A DNA stretch of 64,000 nucleotides, from the NCBI GenBank assembly GCA_964019335.1, contig OZ025655.1, forward strand, positions 186,001-250,000, written 5' to 3'. This DNA is from Diplonema japonicum (Eukaryota; Protista; Euglenozoa: Diplonemea). Under the pieces are notes generated by a model. The model did no database searches, had not been told where the DNA came from, and worked only from the letters and a program-made list of their open reading frames with translations. Shown here one piece after another: positions 11,101-22,200 of the stretch. Positions within the stretch are counted from its first letter, which is position 1; every line of letters starts with the position of its first letter. A program made the position numbers and the translations under genes.

Positions 11101-13855
11101 GGGAGACAGAGGCGGCCTGCTTGGGGTGGTAGACAACATCAAGCATACCATTTCGCAGGCCATTCGCTTCCCATATTTCGTGGCACATTTCAGACTTTCT
11201 TCAGGTGTGCACACGGCATCAGGACAAGACAGGGTACCGCATGGAAAAAGGGGGCAACCGCTGAACGGATTCAACCTGACGTCCGGTACGGTTACACAGC
11301 CAGGCGGATTGTCGGGGCATCTGTGAGGTGTAAATAATGATGGTTCGGGCATACTGTGGCACGGGGCAAGGTTTAGTTATGCAAGATGCAGTGCTGTTCT
11401 CCTTGATGCACTCCAAGCTCTTCTTCGTCTGGTGTGCTTGCACACGACACTCTCTGTGTTCATCATCAGTGCATGTATCGCAGACGAACTCGCACGGAAA
11501 CAACAAGCAGCCGTTCTCAGCCTTGTCTAATCGCTGTGTGCAACCCGCTGGGACGTTTGCGCATGCATCTAGGCAGGTAGGTTGCTGGCAGGCCTCTACC
11601 CCATTAACTACCTCGCAGTCTTGTTTCAAACGTGAGCAGGAAGACCGCATGCTCCTGCTGCAGACACCTTGTGATGTACACTTCTTCGTCGTCTTGTCCA
11701 AGCGCATGCCTTCTTGGCACGTGCACTCATAAACTCCGTTCTTTGTCCTGTCGGGGTCTTGGCACTGCTTCGGGTCGTCGGTAGCTCCTTTACATGGCTT
11801 GGCGGCGCAATCATCAGCAAAAGAAGGCAAGCTCTTGCACTTCACCACGTTAGCAACTGTAGCGCATATGCCGGGCTTGTCATCATCCGTTACACAGGTG
11901 GCGCCATGTAGAGGAACTCTTGTACATACGCCTCCGATGCATTCTCTTCGCATGCAGCCTTCGTTGTCCTTATCCCGACACACAGCGTCCCATTGGCACT
12001 TCGCTGCTTTCTCACACTGTTGCTGTGTCAGCTGCAAACACTCCATAATGGCAACACACTTGCCATTTGCGTTTTTCCAGACACATGTCGCAGGGTCGCA
12101 CGTCGCCTCGCTGTCCGCGTCGCAGGGGTTGTACGGGTCTGTGCCGCCCCATTGCAGTTGCAGGTCCTGCAGCTTGACGCACAGCTGCCCATTGACAATG
12201 ATATCATCGCCTGAACAGCTTACAGTCTTTTGCATGTTAAGCACGTGTCCTGGCAAACACACTTCGCAGCTCTCGCCTAGGTTGCAAATGAGCTCCCCAT
12301 TAGCATTCGTGACAATGCCAGGGCTGACCTCAATCAAAGCCTGTCCGTCTATAAAAGGCTTTTGTCCTTTCATGGGGCCAGTCTTCCAGACAGGTGACAC
12401 ACCGAGGCATTCGCTGCCTTCGCATGCAGTGCGAAGATCGAAGATGTCGCAACTCTTTCCCGATTTTACGCATTTGTCATTTCTCCAGGTGCAGGCACCT
12501 TTGCACATTTGCTGTTCGAAGCCCACGCAGCCAAGCCGGGGGTTGCACATAGTCTTGTCAGCCTGCCATTCACAGGAGGATGAGGGGCACTTCGCTGCAA
12601 CCGTTGTGTTGCACTCTGGAAACTGCATAGGTGTGCACTTCTCAAGATTGCTGATCCACGAGCAGCCTGGGGACTTGTAACACCGGTCATCCTCTTTAAC
12701 ATCGCAAGAATCCTTGCTACCGCAGACTCGGGCACTTGCGTCCCACCTACACCCAGCATGCCATTTGCACTTTACGTCACTGGTTAGCTGATCGCATTGA
12801 ATATTCACAGGTGAGCATGCTGCTGCACCCCACTGGCAGCTAGGGACGTCATCACACGTAGCTTGTTCAGATATGCTACTGCATTGAAGATCTTCAGGAG
12901 AAACACACGTATTGAGACGCGCGCGCCACCTACACAATGGACGCACTGAACATTCAGTGGCGTCAAGCTTCTCACAGCTTGTGCCCATGCAGGCACCCCG
13001 TGGTTCGGACCACACGCACCCTCCCCTGCATGCATCTCTTGTGTTGCCACTGCACTCACTGCATCGCTGTGCCTCCCATCGACACCCAAGGGGCACATTG
13101 GCGCATTGCTTCTGAGGCACTTCGTTGCACGTTGTTGAGTTTGCAGACTCAGCGCAGTAGTGCTCTGTCTCCTTCCACATGCAGTAATCCAGATCCCGAC
13201 ACCGATCCCTTGTTGTGTAGCTGAAGCACCCCACAGGAACGCACGCTTGCCCGTCCCAGTCGCACAGCTTTTGTTCCAAGCAAGGCAACTGCTTAGAGAA
13301 CGCACTACAGAGAGCTGCAACGTCTTTCATTGCGCAGCGCTTCTGGCCTTGCTCGCAGTGCGTTTGTCGTTCGCACTCGTTTGGAGGGTAGTTGCAGAAT
13401 ATCTCGGAGATGGGAGGGCCGCAGTAAGGGGTCCCTTGGTAATCTCGTGTAATGCAGCTGCCGGTGCAAGCTGAGGGGGGGAGGATGTAGCAAGGGTTAG
13501 GATTGCATGTGCGAGCAGCGAAATCATATTGGCACATCATAGGTCCACAGGTACTAAAGTTCTTGTCTTTGCAAGGCGAGTCCTGGCATAGACCAAAAGC
13601 AGGTAACCAAAAGCAGCTGTCGTCAGCCTTACAAGACGCGTCGTCGGCGTTCAAAGAACAGCCCTGCGTGCAGGTATCCAGTTCCCACTTACAAAAAGAA
13701 GTCTTTTTGCATTCTTCAGGTGTCATGCTAACGCATATTCCCTCGCACTGCGACTTGCCGGCATTCCATGAACAGGCGGGTGGCACACATGTGGAAGGGC
13801 GCTGTTGCGCCATGCAATTTGAAAGCACTGCTACAGCAACGACCTCGAGCAACAT
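8157..13855 (-). CDS. Giant cysteine-rich type I membrane/surface protein (~1853 aa, 5 exons)
   Basis: ORFs 11219-13930, 11071-11352, 8636-11188 and 8157-8723 join in frame after removing GT-AG introns 11321-11354, 11117-11148, 8857-8890 and 8754-8790. Signal peptide MLLEVVAVAVLSNCMA; C-x-W, EGF-like, antistasin-like and follistatin-N-like Cys modules; WSxxKxxxCC repeats; TM GVLIWAPLLAGSLIICAGLAVYLF. Confidence 0.85.
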
Positions 13856-13866
13856 TTTGGCAACAC

Positions 13867-13930
13867 CTAGACACAAGACATAAGAAATATACACGTATAA
13901 AAAAATATTAAAAAAAACAAAAAAAAACAA
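13867..13930 (-). promoter_or_regulatory. Putative SL trans-splice acceptor (poly-T tract then AG)
   Basis: Minus strand reads TTTTTTG..TTTTTTTTAATATTTTTTT..TTTCTTATGTCTTGTGTCTAG|GTGTTGCCAAAATG, just upstream of ATG 13855. Confidence 0.55.
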
Positions 13931-14738
13931 AAAAGAAGAGCTCTTTTTCTTTTCTTAATAAAGATAACCAAACCAAATCACTGATATAACGTCTACGGGT
14001 TCCTTGCAGTGGTGTACATGGATACCTGTGGTGGGCCAAAGAGGAAGGGGGGGGGGGGGGGGGAGGACCGTTTCGCATTTCCACTAGGAGTGCGGAAATG
14101 AAGACTTCTCTTTCTTTTTCTTTACGCATCGTGTCTCTAAAACCCGTCCAGGTCAATCCTGGACTTGCTCCAAGGGGGCTAAGAGGGTATTGCTAAACGG
14201 GCTTTAGAGTTATGAGGCGTTAAAAGTACAGCAACTACACAGACCCAAAGGTTTAAAAGGAAAAGAAAAAAAAGCGGACCGATTACTAGGTCATAAGGGG
14301 TACTTAGAAACGTCAATTCTCAGTTCAGAGTTTACTTCGGGAATGGGATGGGGGGGGAAGGGATGAGTAACGTGCAGGACGAAAAAAAAAAACTTTCTTG
14401 TTCTCTTTTTCTTTTTTCTTTTTTAAAAAAAAATATAATCAATTAGAAAAACGCAACTCTCTGTTTTTTTTTTTTTCTTTTTTTTTTTTCTTTTTTTCTC
14501 GCCTCCAGTCAGAAAGCTCTTCGTTCTCTTCATGTATGAAAAGAACTTCCCCCAACAATGGGGGAGACGGGGGGGAGAGGGGAAAGGTGCAGAAAGTCCT
14601 GAGCAACCAGCCTGTGTCCCGCTGTATGCTCTAGGTGTGTTACATAACACACCATCGAAGTCCGCTAGGACGTGGCGGGTCAGGAACCATTCCTGTACAA
14701 TACAAAGAATAAGAGGGGAGGGAAGGAGGGACAAAATG

Positions 14739-16138
14739 TCACCAATCGTCATCTTCTTCAGCGGCCGACCTGGTTAAGAGCGCTAGTCCTCTGCAAGTTT
14801 GTGGTGCGGATTGTACAATTCTCCCTCTTTTCATACCCTGCATCAGTTTTTAAGTCCTTGAGAGAACCTCGAAGGAGAGCCATGCAAGTGTCTAGCTCCG
14901 TCGCCTCACCAGGGACGGAGACCTGATCTTTGAGTGATACAGCCGACTGCCTTCGGGGGACGCTTCGCATAGTATCGTGCGAGGGCTGTGGAGGTGTGGG
15001 GGTATATTTATTCCTATTGTGTTCGGCATACCGCAGACCGCGCAGCGTCTGCAAATGCTGCCCTTCGCTCGTAGAGCTCACACCGAAGCTTCTCATCTTC
15101 TATAGATCCTTCCAACTGTCGTACCTTTCTGGTGTACTCTTCGATGGTGGGAAGTTTTCTCCCCAAAGCCACGCATAGCCCTGGGAGTGCATAAGGTCCC
15201 TCTATGTCCATCATGGACTTCAGCCATGGGAGCCCAAGGTCGCTCTCTGTTTTGTTCTCTTCGTCGAGTATTAGTTGCACCTCGTCGCTCATCCAGTCAA
15301 GGAACGCTGTGCAATCAGGAAGCGCGGCCATCCATTCTTCAAGATCCTCGCTGCTTACAGCGCCGCTGACGCCGCACTGTAGTCCCCTCAGCAGAACTTC
15401 CAACGTTACTCCTTCGACACGCAGGACTCTCCCGATGACAACCTTCTTCACAACACAGCTGCTCATCATGCACAACCCGTCATAAAGCTCGGAAAGCTGC
15501 CTGTGCTGCTCGGGATTTAGCTTTTTCTTTTCCTGGCTGAACTGCACTTTTGGCTTTTTACCTTCGATACTGTTACTGTGCTTCTCATCTTGTGTGACAG
15601 ATTCTTCAACAGGGCTGCGTTCCTGTGTTCTGTCTTGTGGCTTGCCTTCCCTCGCTGGGAGCTCTTCTTCTATGTCACTTTTAGGTGGCGTGCGAGCTTG
15701 CTGCTCTTCGAGCTGTTTTATCCGCGCTTTCAGAATGTCGGTCTCTTCGGTGCGTTGCTGCAGCAGTTTGTTTGCTGCGTGCAGCTGTGAGGTGAGCGTG
15801 TCGTTGGCTTCGCGGAGCCCTTCAGCTGTTCGCATGATACCCGCAAGCGGGTCATAGCGTTCAGCCACAGGCTGCGAGCTGCGCGTAGCACGCGAGTACC
15901 GCGACGGCGACACGTCCTCATCAACAGACGTCTCCACCTCGCACGTCCCGTTGCTGTTGCTGTGCGTGCTGAGCGGTGCGTGCGACCTCATCAACCCCTC
16001 GGTGCGAGCGTTCCATCTCTCCAACGCCACTCTTCTGCTGGGAGACTCATGGTCATATATGTACTCACCTCTGATGAGCGACACCGACGTCACGGGACCG
16101 CTGGGAGGGAGCGGGGAGGTGAGCCCGGACACGAACAT
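14739..16138 (-). CDS. Hypothetical coiled-coil protein (~435 aa, 3 exons)
   Basis: MFVSG start after pyrimidine tract; heptads LREANDTLTSQLHAANKLLQQRTEETDILKARIKQLEE. Introns 14986-15031 (joins ORF 14758-15096 in frame) and probably 14791-14836 (gives C-terminus ...AEEDDDW*). Confidence 0.65.
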
Positions 16139-16253
16139 CCCAAGGGGACTCCTGTCGCTTTGATTTAACAAAGAAGAAGAAAAACAATAGAAAGAAGAAA
16201 AAAAAAAAGGGATTCTTTCAGTAGAAATACATGGCGAGAAATGGTAGTGGGGG

Positions 16254-16748
16254 TTAGCGGACGGTGCGGCCAAGATAGTTTCCGTCATGGGCAGGGGTGG
16301 GGTTGAAAGGGTGACCCATGGCAGAGGTGAGGATGGGGTTGGCCGTGACAGGGGTGGGTGTGGGGGGATTGTCGACAATGGTGTCCTGTTCGTCATAAGT
16401 ATCAGTCCCGTCTTCATCCTCATCAGTGAAGAGAACATCGAAGAAGGCATTGTCAGTTAAAGTAGAGGACAAATCACTGAACACCTCATCTGCCTCATGC
16501 CCCTCCTCCAGGATCTCTTCTAAATCCCTTGCGGACCTGACACGTCTCTTCAGAGCTCTTGCTCTCAGATTCCCCCAGGACGACTCCCTTAGCTTCTCCA
16601 GCCTGATACCACGTGGCACCATCAAACCAGCTTCAGCAGGCTGCAGAACCTTCAACCTTTCCTTCCTCTCCTTCACCCCTTGAACTTGAACCAGCCCCCT
16701 CCTAACTTCGCTTATGGGAATACCCCTACAAGTTATGACACAAGGCAT
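16254..16748 (-). CDS. Hypothetical protein (164 aa; basic N-half, acidic/Pro C-half)
   Basis: Non-homopolymeric ORF with coding-like composition between two pyrimidine tracts, co-oriented with the cluster; no family recognised. Confidence 0.5.
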   Translation of the reverse strand: MPCVITCRGIPISEVRRGLVQVQGVKERKERLKVLQPAEAGLMVPRGIRLEKLRESSWGNLRARALKRRVRSARDLEEILEEGHEADEVFSDLSSTLTDNAFFDVLFTDEDEDGTDTYDEQDTIVDNPPTPTPVTANPILTSAMGHPFNPTPAHDGNYLGRTVR

Positions 16749-17684
16749 TTTCGATTGCGTGCAGATACAAAGATTGCGCACTCTGGAAAGAGTATCAATG
16801 TATGTAAACTTTTCTTTTTTCTTTTCTTTTTCTTTTTTTTTTGTGTGTATGTGCAGTGTACCGCGACTGTGATAGAAAGAAAATTGTGTTTTTTATGTTC
16901 TTACACCAGCTCCAAAAAAAGAGGGGGGGGGGAATACTTTGAAAGAAAAAGAAAGTATAAAAAAAAAGGAGGGGGGATAGGAATGAGGGTGATGGTTCAT
17001 TCAGCTTTTTCAATCTTCTTTTTCTTTCTCCCCCCCCCCCCCTCCACTTCCTTTTTCTATTTCACTGAGCCTCAAGGGTATATATTCCCCTCACTGAACT
17101 AAACAACCGTATTTATTATTTCTTTCACTGCCGTGTTCTCTTATTTTTTATTTTCTTCTTTCTTGAGAGGGTGAAAAAAAAAGACTTTTCTATTCTTCCG
17201 TCATTCTTCTTCTTACAAAAAGGGGGTGGGGGTGGGGGTGGGGCAGACCTCGCGCAGTGTAAAGAAAAATCAGAAAGGTTCGGTCTGCACCCTTTTCAGA
17301 GAAGAAAAAAAAAAAAGAACAAATAAAATCTTATTCACCATTCTTCCTCATGTGCTTTCTCTGCTGTGGAATAAAACAGTTAGCCCCCCCCTCAGTGGCC
17401 CCTCTTGGGCTACTACGGTGTAACACCGTCAAAGTAAGCATGGCAGCTCACGGGGAAATATCAAGATAAGAAAGGGGGGGTAAAATAAGACAAAAAAAAC
17501 ATTAAACTTCTCTCTTTTTCTTTCTTGAAGGTAATCTACATAGGGAGGAGAGAGAGAGAGAGAGTAAAAAAAAGGGGGGGGGGTTGCTCACTGTAATCTT
17601 CTCATTCTGTCTCCCCACCCCCTTTCTTTTTCCGTACAAAGGTGCATCTGTTGGTACCAAAAAAAAAAAATGTATAATCTTCTT

Positions 17685-17745
17685 TTACGGAAAAACGAGA
17701 ATGACGGACCTAAGTTCCCCTGTTTCGAACCACTCATGGAGCGCT

Positions 17746-17777
<32 letters not shown>

Positions 17778-18724
17778 CCCGGCATACAACTATCAACTTC
17801 CTTTAGGACGATGTTGAAAAGCGTAAGAAGGAAAGCAGAGTGCGTAACAACTGCAATTGATGTCTCAGGGCGGGTCGCCAGGTATTCTAGAAACTCGGCA
17901 GCTCGCTTGGAGGTGTCAAGCCAAGACTCCCCATTGCATCCCTCCTTATCACGAAGCGGGTCTTCCTCAGCTATCGAAGAATGGTCAACCGCTGGAAACT
18001 CACGGTGAAGCTCAGAACGGGGTCGGCGCCTATCGCAAGGGTTGCCGTGAGCCCTCTCCCGCAACAACTCGCAGGCGGCAAAGGGAACCGATCGTGAGGC
18101 AAATGCAATGCACCCTGTCTCAGTAGCCCGCCTTAACGGGGACACCAAGACAAGTTCTACCTGTAGTTCGGCTGTCAATACAAATTGTGATATATCGGCA
18201 GCTTGTTTCTTCCCCAGGTCTGTTAATCTTGCATCAAGCCATTCTGTGCTTTTGTATTGTTCCTTGCCCTTCAGCCTCGCTGCCGAATTTGACGTCCCCT
18301 CACCGTGGCGTAAGAAGTGAATGACCTTGCGGTTCTCCCCAAGAGGTACCTCTCCAACGGGAACCGCCACCACCTCCGTCAAGGGCGCGTGAGCTTCCAC
18401 GGTCGATGCAATTTTCTCCATTTTCTTCTCTTTGCTCTCTTGTGCTTCCGGGAACACTCTTGTAGATAGTGCCCCGTACCTTGTAGGTCTATATCTGTAA
18501 TCCGCGCTGCCTGATGCAATGCTGCTTCCGCAGATCGACCTTTCCAGCCTGAATTCTTCAGATGTCGTGCCGCTTAGGTCCAGCATCACAGACTTCACCT
18601 CTCTCTTGTCTTCGATGCTGTCCGACTCTTCTGTCTCCTCTAGACATTCTTCATTCCTAGCCCTTGCCTTTAAGCAGCACCCTACAGCCGCTACTCCGAC
18701 TCCCACCGATGCTGCCTGCAACAT
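17685..18724 (-). CDS. Histidine phosphatase / phosphoglycerate mutase-like protein (331 aa, 2 exons)
   Basis: IHFLRHGEG, DARLTDLGKKQA, VSPLRRATET, LRE..PCDRR, VVTHSAFL. Removing intron 17744-17787 yields the family-like end WFETGELRSVILVFP*. Confidence 0.9.
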
Positions 18725-19274
18725 CCCTTCCTGTGTGGTTGTGTAGTGGTTGCAATGTGATCGACAGAAGAAAAAAAAAGAGTTGGTCTGTTGTGTGCAA
18801 AGGTATCTTGCAGAAGAAGGTTGAAGCCGAACAAAAAGTTGCCTTGACTTTCTCTTAGCAAATAACAATTCATATTTATAACAATTGCTTTTTTTTTTTT
18901 CTTTTTTTTTCTTTTCTTCTTTTTCTTGTTCAAAAGGCCAAAAGAAGAGAAAAAAAAAGACGTAATTAAAAATTCAAATAAAAAAAAAGAATCGATGTCT
19001 TCATTTGTTTTCTCGAAGCAACAGACGGAAAGGAAGGGACGTCAGTCGTCAGACTCGAAGAAGGAGAAAAAAAAAGGTCCTTTTTAAGGTATGCGTCTTT
19101 CGCTCACCGGCGAGAAAAAAAACAAGTATCAATCATTTTTAACAAGAAATAAGGAAGAAGAAATACTTAAAAAACAGAGAGGGATATAAAAAAAAACCCA
19201 AGCGCCTTTCTAAAGGCACCTTCGGGGGAAGGTCAGGGACAAGAGTGTTTAGATTCAGAAGCCGCGCGTGTATT

Positions 19275-22200
19275 TCAGCTCCCGTACGTGTAGGCGGCTT
19301 CTTTGGTTTCCACGACGTGCCACATGTACCAGGTGCCGATGGTGCGATAGGGGCGCCAACATTTCGCTAGCTCTTCCATTTCTTTAGCTGGAGGGAAGTA
19401 TTGCACTTGAGTTTCGCTAGTAGCATCGTGTGGAGAGAGGCTGTAGAGCTTTTGGAATGCCTTCTGCACGGCGATGTCGCCCACAGGGAGCACGTCGTGG
19501 CGGCCTAAGTTGAACATCATGAACACATGCGAGGACCACTCCCCCATGCCCTTGATGCTGCACAGGGCTTTCAGAACATCCTTGTCTTCCATCATGTCCA
19601 GCTTCTCGTCTGTCAGCTCCCCAGAGGTAAACTTCTCACAGATGTTACGCACGTAGCTCACCTTCCTCTCGGACAACCCTGCCTTCCTGAGAGTGAGGTC
19701 ATCTACAGCGTTTACCGCCTCCAGGGTGATCTCTCCACCTACACACTCCGCAAACCTTGTGAATATGCTATTCGCTGCTTTCATGCTTATCTGCTGGAAC
19801 ACAATTGTTCTTACCAGAGACTTGAAGGCAGGATCATTCCCCAGCTGGCTGACCATGTCCACAGGCGGCCCGACCTGTGCGATGACGCTAGCCAGGATCG
19901 GGTCCCTTTCCGTCAACCAGGCCAGCCCCTGCACAGACGACTCGTTGGTCATCCTCTTCGGGGTCTTCGGCAGGCTCGCCTCAAACTCCGCCAACTCGCG
20001 TAAATCCTCCATTTCCTGCTCCGCTTTCCTCTTCCTTGCTTCTGCCGCTGCAGCTTTTGCGGCTTTTGGGCTTGGCTTCGCTTTCTTTGCCTTTGTCGGT
20101 GATTCATCCTCGTTCTTCCGTTTCCCTCCCCCTTCATCACTTTTCGGGGTTCCATTCGTGTTGCTGACCTTAGCCTTAGTCTTGTCTGCTACCTCAGGTG
20201 CCGCTTCAGTGACATTGATCTGCTGGTGGAACGCTGCAGCCACGCTGCCCTGTATGCCCGATTTCGATTTGCCACCACCAGCTGCGCCTTTTCGCGGTTG
20301 TACGTGTTTCATAGCTGTGATTGACGCCTCGACAGCACGCTCCTGAAACAGCCGTCCAAGGGGGTCAATGTACTGTCGGAAGAACGCACCGCACAACCTA
20401 ATGTTCGCCGCTTCTACCTCCTCGATCGTGCCTTCAGCATAGATGATGTTTAGGACGAGCTCTTTGGTTTTCTGTCCCGGACGGTCGACTCTTCCCTTCA
20501 TCTGCTCGATGAGGTCGCCTGGCTGTGGCCTGCAGATGATGCTGTCTGCCTCTTCTTGCAAGTTGAGACCATACGCGCCGCGCTGCGTTGTGACTACGAG
20601 CGGCCCACTTCCTCTCGGAGCTGAGGCCTTCCCGCTGTTCCACGTTCTAGACTGCTTGCACTTCTTCTTGATACGGCCAAGCTCGTTTTCTGAATTTGCA
20701 AACATAAGCACGTGGCGGTCCGCTTCCTGCAATTCTTTGCACTCCTTGTCAAACGCCTCCAGCATGGCTGTGTGCTCCCAGTGGTCTCTTACGACGCTCT
20801 TTAGTTCGCCATAGACAAGCCGCGCGTCCTTCTGTGACCTTGCCGCCGCTGCCAGTCGTGATTGATAGAGCTCCATTGCACTCTTCGACATGGGCACAGG
20901 GATGTACCTGAGCTTCCACGTCCTCACCCTCTCAGGGAGGTAGCAAATGATGTGCTCCGCCAGCAACGTGGGAAGATACTTCTCAGTCCTTGGTAGCGCT
21001 GACCGCAGCATCCTTATCATGTAGAAGAGCTTCGACATTCTAGAGCGGAACAAGGTGGCCGACAGCATCAGTACTCCGCACCTGCTGGCAGCTACCTGCC
21101 GCCACGCTTCGATCGTCTGAAGTGCTGAGTCGTTCTGGACAGACAGACACTCGTCGATGACCACCATGTCCCATCCTGCCTGTGACACAAATGGCTTGTC
21201 CCGCAGCCTCCCAAGAGTGCTCACGACTACTGTGTTGCAATCGACCTTGGGTGCCGTAGAGTAGCGCCTCGTTGACGGGTGCGCTGCTGGCGGCTTCCCG
21301 CCGTTCGAGACTCCCCTCGAGATGAGGTAGCCTGTGTGCTGCTGTGCCACAATGTGCAGTCCTCTGGTATGCAGAAGGGCTTGTTGGATCCATTCGCCAA
21401 TGAGGTCGTTGTTTGGCACCAACACCAAGAAACCATGCCTGCGCAGCTTTCTCTTGGCCAACCACTCTGATGCTCTTACACAGCATGCTAAAGCCGTTAG
21501 AGTCTTCCCAGCTCCCACTGCAGACGCATCGGCAAAGCCACGCTTCCCCTCAGCAACGCCAGTAAGCACCCTAGTGACGGCTTCATTCTGGTGCGACCAG
21601 AGGTCAGTCGAGACCTCTGGCACGGTGATATCTTCGCTGACTTCGTCGATTTCATCTTCGAAACTGAAGGCGCTCTCGTTGTCTTCATGCAGTGCCGTGT
21701 GGAAGGCCTCGCCGTCGTCATATGAACCAAAGGCCATAATGTTGAGCACACGCTGTAAGTGAACGAACTGCGCCCCGTGCTGAGTCAAGGTGAAGCGGAG
21801 CTCCGATGTTCTCTCCAACACCGCAGGGTACAAAGCCTGCAGGGCGTAGAGAATTCTCAGCAGAACTCCTTCTGAGAGCTGCTGGAGAGCGGGGCCTGTT
21901 TTCGTCCCGTCTCTGGCACACCTGCTGACCTCCACGACGTCACCTTCACGTGTTGCGATCTTTATCACCATGTCACGCCAGATGGACTTCGGCAGCGTCG
22001 ACTGATTAGCAAGGTGCACCCAGTCATAAATATCATCACACGTGGTTGTCTTACTGCTGCGGAACCACTGTGCGTATTGCTCTAGCTTCTCGAAGCTCGC
22101 CAGCACATCATCTACCTTCTCATTCGGCAGGTAGAACATCTTGCGCAAGATATCCCCCAGTTCCTGCGGCAGCTGCATGACCCTTCTTGGCTCATTACAC

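Noticed and set aside
8636-13930. Apparent separate or overlapping ORFs suggesting frameshifts, RNA editing or pseudogenes (also 42285-48299 and 60976-63984)
   Set aside because: Every break is explained by a short GT-AG intron that restores the frame
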